Assembly (NCBI RefSeq): GCF_009914755.1
Contig: NC_060938.1
DNA: 64,000 nt
Direction: 5' to 3' (one strand)
Source: the human T2T-CHM13v2.0 reference genome, Homo sapiens
Shown: piece by piece, positions 41,829 to 57,222 of the stretch
Layout of the letters: each line of letters starts with the position of its first letter
Numbering within the stretch: the first letter of the stretch is position 1
Translations under genes and position numbers: made by a program
Notes under the pieces: model-generated
Told to the model about the DNA's origin: nothing
Seen by the model: the letters and a program-made list of their open reading frames with translations, nothing else
Databases searched by the model: none

Positions 41829-44617
41829 TAGCATAATATGTAAACAATACTAATTTAATCAAAAATTATGGTGTAGCATTATTGGGAGGATAGGGGAGGG
41901 GATTGGCCTGTGTGGGGAAGGGTAGGGACGTAAGTGGCCCGAAGCCTCCTCATCCGTAAGAGAAAGGCAAGCGAGAGTGTCTCAAGCTGGAGAGTCAATA
42001 AAGAACAGTACAAGTGTGTTGTTTCCAAATATAGAGAAAAGTTGCAGAATCAAATATAGAGAAAAGTTGCCTCTGGGAAGTAGGAATTGGGTGGAGAGAG
42101 ATAAGGCAGGGACTTTTTTGGTTTTTTTAAAAAATAAGCCTTATAGTTTTATGTTTGAAACTCTGTGCATGTGTTTTTAAATTAAAATAATAAAATAAGC
42201 CTATTATTGGACCTCTCCTTGCGACAATGGAAGCTAGAGGACCACAGAATGATCAATTGCCTTTAAAATCTGGGGGAAAAGGATTTCCTGCCTGGATTTT
42301 ATGCCCACAGGAAGGATCAGCCTTGTAAACCTTGCAAAAATGCAAGGCCTCAAAATAAAATTTAAGTTTAAATAGAATATAACGACTGTGCACCTTCTAG
42401 GAAGCTTTGGTTGCACATGCTCTCATAGGAGCTGAGAACAACCAGGGAGTGTGCGATCACCCAGGAAGGAGGATCCTTCCTGGGGGGCCGAGAAGTGGCC
42501 CCAGAGCAGAAGCTGGGGAGCTTAGGGCACAACGGAGTAGATTACAGACTGTCAGAGCATTTGACAACACTAGCACTAGGTTTAGAGTAGATCAGATGAA
42601 AAATTAAGAAGAGACACATAATACCTTGCAAGTTACAAATAAATGCATTCACTCCATGGCACACACAAACAAAACTGTACAAGAAACCGTCATTGACCAT
42701 TTCCTGACTTTCACGGAATAACATTTACGCGATCATCGTCATAAAACCCTTGACCAGCTGTTAACTAAGAAACGCATAAATCCCTCTAAAGAGGCTGAGG
42801 GAGGGGAGGCGGGAGTGGGAGGGTTTCAGAGAGCTGAAGCCTCATCTGTCACCATGAGAAAGCAACAGAAATGTCTAGAATTGAAAAATCAAGAAATAGC
42901 AACGTAAACATCTTATGAGAAATGTGGAGACTGCAAAGCCAGAAAGAACAACTAAATGTGGAAACTGGTTGCTCTGGGGAGTGGGGAAAGGGAGGGGAAT
43001 CGGGGAACCATCTCATTTCCTTGCAAGCATTTTAGTGTTACATGATTGCTTTTACCCTAAGAGCATGCATTGTTTTATTTAAATATCAACATAATTTATT
43101 TAAATAGTGATAAAACCTAGCTCTGGGCTGTGGTGCATGAAACAAGTAAGGAGGGCGAGAAATATTCCCTGATGGAAGCCCCCAGACCAGACCATCACCA
43201 GCAACACGCCAAGCCCGGGCCTGCCTGCTGGAGAAGGAAGCCTGGTCAGGCCCTCAGTTTCCCCATTCATTTCCAGTTTGCAAAGCACTCTCTGGGCTGT
43301 TTCCTCCTCCCATCCTCCCAACAAGCCTGCAAGGTGGGCAGGGATGACTGTGCCCATTTTACTTGCAGAAGCTGGGGCTCGGGTATATGTTTGGGGGTCT
43401 GTAGCAGATTTCTCCCATGGCAGATGTGCCAGTGAAGGCAGGCAGAGGACGTGACCAAGAGCAAGGGACAGGCAGTCCCAGCTGGAATTTCAGAGCAGGG
43501 AGGCACCTTGCCTGGTCCAGGGGCTCCCAGCAGGGTGGCTACAAACCCTTCCCTTGACTGTACCATCTGTTCTTAGTCACACATCTTGCCCTCAGTGTCT
43601 GTCAGAGGGAGTCCTTCACCAAGCAGGTGGGGGTTGCCCTAGAGAGGGGACACCGCTAGCTACCAAAGAGGAAGGGCTGGCACCAACTGGGGCTGCACAA
43701 GACTTGGCATCCTGGGAATCCCAGAGCTTTGTCCTGGAAGCCTATGGGAGAGCTGGTCTGGGAAGTGGCCAGGCTGCCTGGCGGACCCATGGAAGGTCCA
43801 CCCAGGCCTGAGGAACACTGGACTGGTCCGATCCTAGAGAACACTTGGAGATACTGAGCCCCATTAGGAGGGACTCGCCCAAGGAGTGAAATGCCCAGCT
43901 CCCCACTGGGCTCCACACTGAGGGCTTCTCTTCGCCTCATGGTTGCCAGGCCTGGCAGGGACATGAGCTTCAGCTTCCAAGTCCCGCTTGTAGCCTGATG
44001 TCCCTAAAGTCTACCTCTCCAGCCCTGAACTGTGCGTACAGCCACTGCCTGAGGTCCGCTCTGGGCTCACCCACCCAGCTGAAAACCTAGCGGCATTGGC
44101 AGGGCCTCTGCCTGGCTTTTCCTTCTCTCTCAAAGATTCTCTGGAACTCAGCTCAGCTGCTTCCTTCAGGTGCCTCCTCTCCATGGGGCCCCTCCCAATG
44201 CCTAGGCCGGTGTGGGCACAGAGCAGGGGCTCAGACACCCCAGGAACACTGCTGGCTTTCAGGGACCCAGGTAGGAAAGGAATGCGAGGGGTGCACATCT
44301 GGTGTATGGGGTTGGCCATGTGCACCTTGGAGCTAACTCCTCTCTACAGAGCCCAGAGCAGGGCCTGGCCGGGCAGGAGGAGCATGGAGAAGCCCTGCAG
44401 AAACATCGTGCCAGGCCTGGGCACAGCTCTGGGCACTGGGATGTACTCAAAGCAGCCTGTGTAGCCTGGGGACTGGGGAGGGTGAGAGGGAGACAGGAGC
44501 TGTGTAATTTGTAATTGGTGGCAGTGCCTCACCGAGCCTCACCATGATCTCACTATCCCTCCCGACACCCCGTGTACTGGCCCTGGTGCTGGGTCCATTT
44601 TACAGATGCCGCAACTA

Positions 44618-44947
<330 letters not shown>

Positions 44948-46507
44948 TCAATAAATGCATCCTTGAAGCTGCAATGTAAGCAGGGGTTCTCACACCTGCG
45001 TGATGATAAGACTCAGTGGGATACTTGCTTGCCCAGGGTCCCCTACCTAGAGATGGAAGTCACCACCTCTGAGTTCTGGAACATGTCTGTTTGCCAGTGT
45101 CAGAGTAGGGATCAGGCTGGGATGTCAAAGTTCAGGAAGCCTAGAGTGCTAAGCCAGGACCTCCAAGCCCCCCCGCCCCCCATCCTCCCCATTTGCCCTA
45201 TGTCACAGCCAGGTGATATTTAGCCCAGCCGTGGTGCGTGGCTGTTCCCGCTGCTGAGCGCCAGTTCTGTTATACAGAACTCCTATGGGGACGTGTTTGT
45301 GCACAGCTTTGCTTTCCTGTTGGATTGTTTCCTTGGGGTAAGTTCCCAGAAGTGGGATTCCTGAGTGGAAGGAGGGATATTTTCCCACCCCCAATCCACA
45401 TCCTTAGCAGAGGCTGGCCCCAGGATGAGGATCCGGCCTTTCTCCGGCTTCAAGGAGGGGCAGCCAGCAATCCCCGCCTGGCACTTCCGGAGGAAAATGA
45501 CAGACCTTTTCCTTTCCTGTAAGAGCTAATTACCAGCTGGATGATGCGTTCACGGCTGTCAGGGCAATGAGGGCCCAGGTGACTCAATGCCATCTTTCTT
45601 GGACCCTCCTGGATTGCTCAGCCAGCCGGTGATGGATTTTTCTCTGTGGAGGTCACAGGAAACAAGAAAAGAGTCCCTCAGCTCCCCAGGGAGTCAGGTC
45701 TGTCAGCAGCTTTGGGAGAGGGCAGAAAGGAGGCCTTGAAATCCACTGGGCAGATAATCCCTCTGCCCTTCCAGACAACGAAGGGCTTCTGGCCCCTGGC
45801 CTCTCCAACCTGCTGGACAGGAATGGCTGGCTGAGGGTCCAGGAGCCCCTGCCCTGACCTGGGCTTCTTGCAGGGAGTGCCCTCCCCCTTTTTCTCGCTC
45901 CCCATCCCAGCATCCCTACATCCAGGTCAGGGTCCCTGGCTGGATCCAGCCTCTGAGGGGCACGAGAAGAGGGGTGTCCAGGCTCCTCCTTAAGGAAGCC
46001 CCTTCCTCCCCGCAGGGGGGCTAAGGGCAGACATCAGCCCCTCCCAGCTGTCACCACTCAGGTGGGGGGCGGGTCAGGAGCAGTGAGGGAAAGGGGGACA
46101 GGGGCCACTGTGGGAAAGTCACTTGTGGGCAGTGGCCTACCAGCTTTCCACAGGAAGGAGGGGTCTTGGCTTCCCAGGGCTCTGGCTGGCTGCCTGAGCC
46201 TAAGGGCCACTCTCCCTCTGCCTGCAGAACGTAGGGGGGCCAGGCCTCTGGGCAGGGCCCATCTCTGGAGCACTCTAGCCCATTTCCCTCTGGGGACACC
46301 CTCTGAAGGAGCAGCAGGAGTCAGACCTGGAGGCCGGCCCCGCCACTGCCACCAGCTCACTTCCCCATGAGAGTGCGGATTCTCTGAAGGCAACACTCGG
46401 GTCTGCCCTGTCCCAGGCTCAAGGTAGTGAGTTCCCTGTCCCTAGAGGTGAACAAGCTAAGAGAGCATGGCCATCTCACAGAGGTATAGAGGAAGTGCTT
46501 GCTGTGA

Positions 46508-46799
<292 letters not shown>

Positions 46800-46994
46800 A
46801 GTTCATCGCAGGCACAGAAGGCCGCCCTCTGTCCTTACCACCCCACCGCTGCTATTCAGCTGGCGAAGGCCCTCTCTGATCTTGAGGCAGCTGGGATGCC
46901 TGTTCCTGGGTGGGACTGGGGGATTTTATGTGGGTTACACCAACCCCAGCTATTGTGAGTGGGCACAGGAGCCTCACAGGCACTGGTGGGTTAG

Positions 46995-47475
<481 letters not shown>

Positions 47476-48877
47476 AAAGATTCACTTTTTAAACACAATT
47501 CAGGAGGCGGGGGAAAAAGGACCTTGCCATCAACTTGTCAGTTTGTGCAATTGACCTTTTGCTCCTGAAAGCAGGCTATTCTTGTTCTCCCTGTTCAATT
47601 CCCTTCTGTTGGTTTCAGTCTCTGGTTCCACCTTCTGAGGTTTCTGGAAATGTGATGTTCTCATGGGACATTGCCTTTGGCACATCTGATAAGCTCTAAT
47701 GGCTCCATCCAGACTCGATTGAAACAGGTAGGGATGAAGGCAGAGATCTGTGGCCCATCCTTAGAGACCCTCTAACTCTAGATTGCACTGATTTACAGAG
47801 TGTCACCCCTGGGGTGCTCTGTCCAGAGAGTCGTGGCCTCCCCTCATTGCCCTGCTCTCCAGCCCACAATTTCCATCCTGCCCAAATGACAGCATGAAGA
47901 GCTTGCTCCCCGACAACTGTCATCTGTCACATGGCTGTGTGACACGGTGCTCTCTCTGGCACCGACGCCCTGTCCTTCTTCCTCACCTGAGTGACTTATG
48001 CCAGGACATAGCTTTATGAAATTTTTTCCCATGCTCCCCCCAACCTGTCTGGCTCCCACCAAACCCCAGGGTCCCCAGCTATGGTAGCAACATACTGTGC
48101 TGGCCGTGTCTGCCTACCTGCTTGGCCACCTTTCCACCAGGGGGGTCCTGAGTTCCCAAAAACCCAGCCCAGGGTGGAGCCCCTGCAGAGGCAGCACTGT
48201 GCTGTTGAAAGAGCCCAGGCCTGGGATTGGCCAGGCTTGGGCAAATGGTTAAACTTCTCTGAGCCTCACTTTCCTCGTCTGTAAAATGGGATGGTCACCA
48301 CATTAAAGGGTGCTAGTGAGGATCACAGGCCAAGAGCATAAAGCACTCAGCATGCTGTGGACTGAACGAATGAGCTTCCATCCCTGTCATCAATTTCAGA
48401 GCCTACCTGGGAGTTAAGACAGAGACAGTGCAAAGTGCCATGAACAAGACCCATGTGCTATGGAACTGCCAGGAAGGGCAGCAATTCTGACTGGGGAGCT
48501 GGGAAGGTGTCACTGCAGAGACGCGTGTGCTGAGCCTGAAAGGAGGCTCCCATTCCTGCAGGCAGCAGAGCTGGGGAAGAGCACCCTAGGAGGAAAGCCA
48601 TGCTCACACGTGCTAAGTTCCCCACAGCCCTGCCAGCTCGGGCTTTTATCCTTTTAATGGTGTGTGTGATTTAATAGGGGTGTAACGGTGCCTGGGAGCT
48701 GCCTTAGCAGTTTTGAATGCCTATTACCCTTTAAGGCTGGCTCTGAGAAAACCACAATTCCTTAAGGTATGAGTCCACGGAAATCACTCTCCATTAGCAT
48801 GAGATTATGAAATGAACTCAGCCCAGGAGAATTCTGGTGAGTTTTGGGAAGTGGTGCAGTTGAGATGACAATAGACA

Positions 48878-49174
48878 CTTTTTCTTTTTTTTAAGGCAGA
48901 GTCTTGCTCTGTCCCCCAGGCTGGAGTGCAGTGGTATGATCACAGCTCACTGTAGTAGCCTCAACTTCCTGGGCTGTGGTCCTCCCACCTCAGCCTCCCA
49001 AGTAGTTGGGACTGCAAGAGTGCACCACCACGCCTGGCTGATTTTTTTGTTTCTTAAAGAGACAGGATCTTGCTATGTTGCCCAGGCTGGTCTCTAAATC
49101 CTGGTCTCAAGCAACCCTCCAGCCTCGGCCTCCCAAAGTGCTGGGATTACAGGTGTGAACCACCACACCTGGTC
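48878..49174 (-). mobile_element. AluJ
   Basis: Reverse Alu. TSD ATAGACACT. Confidence 0.88.
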
Positions 49175-51706
49175 CTGATAGACACTCTTGAAGGAAGAAG
49201 AGGCAGAGGCTCCTGCCTGCAGCAGGCAGTGCCAGACTCCCCTCCCGAGCCTGCTGTACCTGTGATTTGAGGAGCTCAGAGAGCTCTTCCTAGCAGCCCC
49301 GCCAGTGCCGGCCCAACAAGCTGCCGAGAATTCCATCATCACTCATCCCCCTTCTAGAGACAAGGGACTCTATTAAAACGTAAATATTTTGTCTAGGAGA
49401 GGGAACACTCTGCTTTGTTATTGAAGGAAAAGGAAGATGGAAACTTACTTTACTTGAGTACCTACTATGTGCCAAGCATGAAATGGGCACCTCTCACATT
49501 GCCTTTGAGCCCACAAGGCAGCCAGGCCAGACAGGGGAGCTACTCATCCCTTCAGGTGAGAGAATGGAAACTCAGAAGGGCCCGAGGCTTGCCAAGAGCT
49601 TGGCAGACCAGGATGGGAACCAGAGCTGACTCTCCACCCTCGCTTCGGCCACAGCACTCAGCCACTTCTCCTCTTCCCTGGCTGTGGCTCCCTGGAGCAT
49701 GGGATGAGATAAAGCAGAGTTTGGGGGCACTCGGGCCTGGGTTCAGGAGCAGACCTGCTGCCAATCAGCTCTGTGGCCTGAGCAGTCTCATCTCGGGTGT
49801 GTCTTCATCTGTGGATGGGTCAGCAGCAGCACTGACCCCACAGGGTTATGGTGGGGACAGAAGGAGCTGTGAAGTCCACGACACAGGACCTGGGCCAGGG
49901 CTCAGGAAGGGGCAAGACTGTGTTGTCTTCTTACCAACTCCCATATGGTCGGGCATTTACAGCCCCAGCTCCCAACCTAGGCACACCCCACCTCTTCTCC
50001 GACCTTGACAGCAGCAGGAGTGGGATCCAGCTCCCTGTGCCCCACATCTCCATCCTGGGATCTGAGGATCTGAGGCAGAGCAGGCAGCAGCCCAAGCAGT
50101 TGGCCTGCCAGTGAGTGTGAGTTTGTTCTTGGGGCCGGGCAGCCTCTGCAGGCCACCAACGCCTTCTGCCTCCTCCCCGCACCACTCCCAGCAACTGTGA
50201 TTCTCTACTCTCTTTTCCCCAGGAACCTACTTCAGGGAACCATACAGAGGCCAAATTCAGAATCCCTACTTGAACCGCTGACCTTTTGCCCTCTCCAAGG
50301 CCGGAAGCAAGCCCTTGCCTGATGCACGCCTCAGTCGCCCCGTCTGTAAAGTGGGCAGCCCATCAAATTCACATCTCCCTGGCTGAGAGTCATCTGGAGA
50401 AATAATGACTATGTGACCTAATGAAAATTGCACGGTGCCTGCCGAGCGAGGTGGGTAAGCCACTGGCCCAACGCTGTCATTACAGGAGGTGAAGCAGCGC
50501 GTGGGCTGATGACTGGCAAGGGGTGCAGCCGCAGGAACCTTTCATCATGGGTTCCCTTGGGAGGCCAGGTAGGTCAGCTCTGAAAGCACCCGGTGCTGCG
50601 GGGCCTGCCTTCCTGTGGCTTCGGCTTGGGCGCCATCCCAAGCCGGGTTGGCCAGAACTCTGCCTGTGCAGCCCCGCCCCCAGGCAAGCAGGAAACAATG
50701 CACCTGAGCAACCTCCTCCCATCTGCAGAGGAGGAAGCTAAGGTGTAGGGGGGTCAAGGCACTGGCCTAAGGTCCCACAGCCAAGGGGTGGCTGGGAGGT
50801 GCAATCAGGTCTGCCTGGCACAGAGTCTGGTCTCCTGACCACGATGCCAAACTGGTTATTATTGTCACCACAATAGAATACTAATAATAGTTGTCGTAAT
50901 TATTATTATTGTGGAGGGCTGTTCTCCAGGCAGGCAGGTCTGGGTTGCTGCGTCACTGGGGCCAGGAGGCTGGCTAGTGCCCACAATGAGGCAGGGTCCT
51001 GTCCCAAACAGCACTAGGAGAATGCTGGAGATGGGAGGCTGAGCCCATCCTGCAGCCTGGGTCAGCAGCCTGGGGCCTCACCCCACCCTCTATCCAATGC
51101 TGGGTGGCGGGCAGCCTCTCCAATGCCCATCTGCCCTGGAGGGCTCTGGTGATGGATACAGTGGAGATTCGTTGATATGAACATTAAACATTCAACCAGA
51201 GGCACTCACTGCTTTAATAAAACACAGCCCCCCATGCCAGCCAAGAACCCTGAGTTTCAAAGGTTCCTGCTCTTGCTGGTTAAAGTCTCCTGCATGGACC
51301 CTGGGCCTAGGCTGCCAGAGCCCAAAGCCTGGTGCTTGTGCCCACTCCTCGTGTGACCTTTGGCAAGACTCCCCACAAGTTGTTCTGTTTCCCCATCTGC
51401 ATAACAGTGCAAAATTCAAAGTCGTTGTGAGGATGAAGTGAGCTAGCCCTGTGTCTGGCCCACATCCACACTAGATGAATGCCTGCATTGCTACCCCGTC
51501 AGGTGGGTGCAGCCAGAGGATCGGGCGGCCTGATGCTGGAGGAGTCACCGAGAGATGACTGTAGACTGACTTTGACGCTATGAGAATGGGTGGCCTCTCA
51601 TGATGTAGTCAACGTGTGGCTGCTGTGGCTGTGACATTCCTGTGACCCCAGCAGGCATCTGCTCTGGGCTGGTGAAACCAGAATGCTTGCTGGCCATGGG
51701 GATACA

Positions 51707-51725
51707 GGTGTGTGTGGGTGTAGCG

Positions 51726-51756
<31 letters not shown>

Positions 51757-51763
51757 CATGTGT
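51707..51763. repeat. (TG)n microsatellite
   Basis: Seen directly. Confidence 0.9.
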
Positions 51764-52547
51764 GATCCTCGGGGCTCTGAGACTGCAGGGAGCCTGCAAA
51801 ACATGTTCCCAGCTTCCCTGCTCCCATCAGGATTCCAGCTGGATCTTGTTCTGCTCTGTCCTGCCAGCCCGGACTGTGGGAAAGATGTGGAAACTGCTCC
51901 GGACCCATTCCTGGCCTGCAGGACACGGCCCATCCAGCTACCTCCACTCTGGGCTTGGAGGTCAACGCCAAAGCCTGGAGGTCAGGGAGTCCAGTGCCTC
52001 TGTCAGCCCCAAGCTGGCCCTGTGAGCTCCCAACAGGATGGGTGCCCAGACTGCAGTTTGCCTGAAAGGGATGGCTCTGTAGACACAGGCCTGAGAAGGG
52101 CTGGGGTAATTTCTTTCTGCTCTCTGAGGCAGTATTCTAGGTCCTGGGGATCTGGGCATGGCCAGGATTCCTCTCTCCCTGATGTGTGCCCTGCATACTC
52201 TATGCCTAGGTGACACAACACAGGGCTCAGGGTCTAGCAGTGCCCAGCTCAGGTCTTCTGAAAGCTGGGCCTGCAGGCTCCTCTGCGCTCCCCTCTCCTG
52301 GCTCCCCGAATCTGTTCCTCCTCCCTCGAAGCATCCCAGCCACCCTGCAGAGCCTGATGCAGGGCTTATCCCTTGGGGAATATTGGGGCAGTGAGGGAGA
52401 GAGTAATATGTCACTGAATGGCTCAGGACAGGGGGAGCACCAGGGACTGTGTGTGACATGGAGTTAGTGCTCACCAAGACACTTGAGCCTGAGTCTGTCA
52501 GAGCCCAGAGCCAGAGCTCTCACTCATAATGCCACACCACCCCTTTC

Positions 52548-52801
52548 ACCCATCCATCTATCCAGCTATCCATCCGTCCATCCATCCATCCACCCACCTA
52601 CCCATCCATCCATCCACCTATCTGTCCCTGTATCCATTCATCTACTCTTCTATCTTCCCATCCATCCATCCATCCATCCATCCATCCATCCATCCACTCA
52701 CCCACCTACCTACCCATTCATCTATCCACCTATCTGTTCATCTATTCATCCATCTACTCTTCCATCTTCCCATCCATCTATCCATCCATCTGCCCATCCA
52801 T

Positions 52802-52836
<35 letters not shown>

Positions 52837-52906
52837 ACCATCCATCCATCTGTCCATTCATCTGCCCATCTACCTGCCCATCCATCTGTCCATCTATCCA
52901 TCCATC
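52548..52906. repeat. Degenerate (CCAT)n tetranucleotide array at the tail of an L2 fragment (~52920-53540)
   Basis: CATCCATC repeats followed by TTCATTCA...TGTGCCAGG L2-type sequence. Confidence 0.9.
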
Positions 52907-53756
52907 CTTGTCTACATTTCTTCATTCAGTTCCCATCTCCTAAGCCCCTAGTGGTGCCACATTCTGTGCCAGGTGCCAGGGTGCCAGGGATGAATGAGGA
53001 GAGGTCATGATACTCATTCAGGCCGGAGAGACAAGTCTGGGCATTGTTTCAGTGGAGGATGGGGTAACAAGTGCTCTGGAAGGTCAGCCCAGGAAGCTGG
53101 GGCAACTGCAAGAGGCAGGAAAGTGTTGCTGAAGTCCAGGTAAGCTGGGCTTGGCCGGAGAACACACTGAGTTGCGGGGAGCACTGGAACAGGCCTTAAG
53201 AGCTGGAAAGGAAGTCACCAGGCAAAAAGGGGGACTGTCCAAGGCAGCCCAGACAGAGGCAGCAGGACACACAAATGCAGGATGAGAAAGGAACATTTGG
53301 AGATGACAAGTGGACAGAGCAGAGTCAGTGAGGTCAGGATGGGCTGGGAGGAGAAGAAGGCAGGAAAGGCCCCCGAGGAGGAAGGGCTGGAATGCATGGC
53401 CAACAATCTGCACCTGATTCTTTAGGCAGTGGGAGGGGCGGCTGTTAGGCAGGGAAGATGCATGATCAGTTTGGCAGTCCTAGAGGGGGATGGATTGGAG
53501 GGGGCAGGCCATGAGGGACTGCTGTGATGGGCTAGACGACCAGTGCTGGTGGGAGGACCGAGGCCCAGAGAGAGGTGAGACCTGCCAAGGTCCTAAAGTG
53601 AGTGCTCCCCAGGCAGGCAGGAGCCCAGGTCCCCAGGTAGCATGGCAAAGGGCCCAGATGCTGAGGCCATGGGACTGGATGGGGCAGGTGTGCTGTGGCT
53701 TTGTGTGGGGGCAGTCTCTTCCTTTCTGTCCTCTCTAAATGAAAACAACACCAACA

Positions 53757-54072
<316 letters not shown>

Positions 54073-54478
54073 GAAAACAACACCAACAAAGTTTGGTAAG
54101 CATGTATTTTCTTTCCTTTTCTGGGGAGGTAAGTGGGGGTCACAGGTGACCCCAGCTTCTTGTTCCCAAACCCCTGGACCCCTCCCCTCCTGAATGCTGG
54201 AGGTTGCACAGTCCAGTGGGTCCCTTCTAGCTTCCTGTGTGGCCTCAGCTCTCTTCCCCTCTCGGGCCTCAGTTTCCCTGTGGCTTCATAGAGCTAGCCA
54301 TACCTGCTCTGCCCACTGTGAAGGGTGGCAGGAGGATGGAAGACGAGGTAGTGCTTCTGGAAATTCGAGATGCCAAGTCCAAGCCTAGGTGCCTCCCTGC
54401 CTCCGAGGAGCCTCCCCTGATGTCCTGGTCACCGCGGCGCTGTGCTGTGGCCACCAGCAAGACCGGCGGCACCAAGGG

Positions 54479-54492
54479 GCCCCCTAGCGGCC
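54479..54492 (-). promoter_or_regulatory. Candidate CTCF motif
   Basis: Minus strand GGCCGCTAGGGGGC matches the CTCF core CCRCYAGRKGGC. Binding is not shown by sequence alone. Confidence 0.45.
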
Positions 54493-54967
54493 CGAGGAGT
54501 TGCTGCAGCCACCTGGGCCCAGCATGTGCTTCCCAGACACCCGCGGATGTAGGACCTTTCTTGGGGACCCAGATCACGTGCCAGGCACTGCGCTGGGTGC
54601 CAGGCCAGGGAAACACCATCTCCTGGCAGCCCTGTGAGGTGGGCCTTTCCCCACCTTATACCTGTGCACACCTCCAGGGGACTGTTCCATATCATCAGGC
54701 TGCTGGACAGCCACAGGCTGGACTATGCCGCTGAAAATCAGTGAAATAAACAAGAGGCAGAACATACATAAAAAAAACATGAATATGTATTTATCTTAAA
54801 AATAAAGACTGAGTCTGCTGGCACAGGCATGGGCTCTCTCTGGAAGATTACATAAGAGACTGGCATCACGCAGGGTTTTCTGGAAGGCTACCTGGGAGGC
54901 GGGGGCAGGGGCGTAGGCACAGGGTAGGAGGGACCCGTGTTCACTGAATTTCGTTTTAGACTTCCTG

Positions 54968-55259
<292 letters not shown>

Positions 55260-55324
55260 CTTTCTGATTTTTGAACTATATAGAAGTATTGTCTATACTT
55301 AAAAATACACTAAAGATTTAAGAA

Positions 55325-55540
55325 GTCATAGACTCATAGGCTCAGGGACAGAAAGCAGCCTGAAAGTGTTCTCATTTTCCCTTCAGTTACAGCAGAACTG
55401 ACAGGAGGCCGCTTGACAACTATTTACTTGCCTGCCTCCAGTGATGGGGTGCTCATCCCTTAAGTGGCCAATTCCCAGTGTAGAAAAACTCTCTCTCTAT
55501 GAGTGGAGATGCATTGCCCTGGTTTCTACCCACTTCCTCA
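55325..55540. mobile_element. L3/CR1-like relic (a second piece probably at ~57850-58250)
   Basis: TCATAGACTCATAG... and CTCCAGTGATGGGGTGCTCA resemble CR1 3' sequence. Confidence 0.45.
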
Positions 55541-56161
55541 GATAACCATGTGGGAGTCTGTAGGAAAGCTAGTATTGGCTGAGCCTCCACTGGGTGCCAG
55601 TCAGTGGCTATGGATTCAGCCCCGGAGGAGCTCAGAATCCAATTTCTGGGATCTCAGCATTGGGCAGGGCACTGAGGCCATTTGGTAGAAGCTGCAGCCA
55701 ATGCAGGACCTGCCCCATCGCACACAGGGCAGGCGGTGGTTAATAACAAGGGAGAGGAAGCCCCTGGTCCATCTGCAGTCCCTGTCATTCCATCGCGTTT
55801 CATCATCTGACTCCGCCTCCTCTGTCAGCCTTTACAGAAAGGCCTTGGCCTCCAAGGTGTGGTACTCACACCCTTACACTGGGTGCTCTCATTGGCTGCA
55901 TCTGACTGGGCCTCAGCCAGCCTAGATTCCAGCTCAGCATCCCTGAGCCTCAGTTTTCTCATCTATAAGATGGGGGTTAATAACAGTACTCACCCAGGAA
56001 GCGGCTAGGAGGAGCAAGTGGGACGATGGTGATAGGCATTGTGGGGTGTGGAGGGAGCCCAAGAGGTGACGGAGGGGAAGGGTCCACCGCCGAAGGCCGC
56101 TGCCAGCACATAGCATGTGGGTCTCAGGAACAGGACATGCGGCCTCCCGGTCACACAGACT

Positions 56162-56507
56162 CTGTTAGTTTGCTAGGGCTGCTACGCCTGCAGACTTTGA
56201 TTCCCTTGCCATTCTGGAGGTTGGAAGTCCGAGATCGAGGTGTCTGCAGCAGCCTTCCTTCTGAGGCTACAAAGTCGATATTCTGTCCCCTGTCTCTCTC
56301 CTGGCCTATGGGGGCTGCTGGCAATCCTGGTGTTCCTGGGCTTGTGGAAGCATCACTGGATCTCCGCTTTCCCCTGCATGTGGCCTTCTCCCTGCACGCA
56401 TGTCCTCTGTCCAAATGTCCCCTTCTGATAAGACCCCAAATCCTACTGGATAAGGATGCACTCTAATGACCTCAGCTTCACTAATTCCATCTGCAGTGGC
56501 TCCATCT

Positions 56508-56550
<43 letters not shown>

Positions 56551-56902
56551 CTCTCTTTCTTTCTTTCTTTTTTTTTTTGACAGAGTCTTGCTGTGTCACC
56601 CAGGCTGGAGTGCAGTCAACCTCTGCCTCCTGGATTCAAGGAATTCTCCTACCTCAGCCCCCAGAGTAGCTGGATTACAGGCATGTGCCACCATACCCGG
56701 CTAAGTTTTGTATTTTTGCCAGGCTGGTCTTGAACTCCTGACCTCAGGTAATCTGCCCACCTCAGCCTCCCAAAGTGCTGGGATTACAGGCGTGAGCCAC
56801 CGCGCCCGGCCTGGTTCCATTTTCAAATACGGTCACCTTCTGGGGTACTGGAGTTAGGGCTTCCACATATGAACTTGGGGGAGACACAGTTCAGCCCGTA
56901 AC
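56162..56902 (-). mobile_element. MLT1 (MLT1B/C-like) MaLR LTR interrupted by an AluS (56506-56811, minus, internally deleted)
   Basis: TTAGTTTGCTAGGGCTGC...TTCTGGAGGTTGGAAGTCCGAGATC...GCTGCTGGCAATCCTGGTGTTCCT...GGGGAGACACAGTTCAGCCCGTAAC. Confidence 0.82.
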
Positions 56903-57074
56903 TGATCCCCTACAGTCCTGGCCCCAACACCACTCAGACATGGGAGTCACTTTTGCTTTCTGGGCCTCATTTCCTTGTGTGGACACTGGGTACACACACG
57001 TGGGGTTGGACTAGGCATGATCTGAGGGTCCTTTCTGCTCAGAATTTATAGGGACCCTCTGTGACTTCTGGCTC

Positions 57075-57222
57075 TTGAGATGGAGTCTCGCTCTATCACC
57101 TAGGCTAGAGTGCAGTGGTGCAATCTCTGGTCACTGCAACCTTTGCTTCCTGGTTCAAGCAATTCTCCTGCCTCAGCCTCCTGAGTAGCTGGGATTACAT
57201 GTGTGCGCCACCATGCCCAGCC
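57075..57222 (-). mobile_element. Alu right-arm fragment
   Basis: TTGAGATGGAGTCTCGCTCT...CCACCATGCCCAGC. Confidence 0.85.

Larger units (their letters stand above)
40300..43095 (+). mobile_element. Ancient HAL1/L1M-type LINE relics (two pieces), interrupted by Alu and Tigger3
   Basis: A-rich ORF1-like remnants (GAATCAGAATG...TTCTCAACAGCAA; ACAATGGAAGCTAGAGG) followed by L1M-like 3' ends near 42200 and 43090. Confidence 0.5.
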
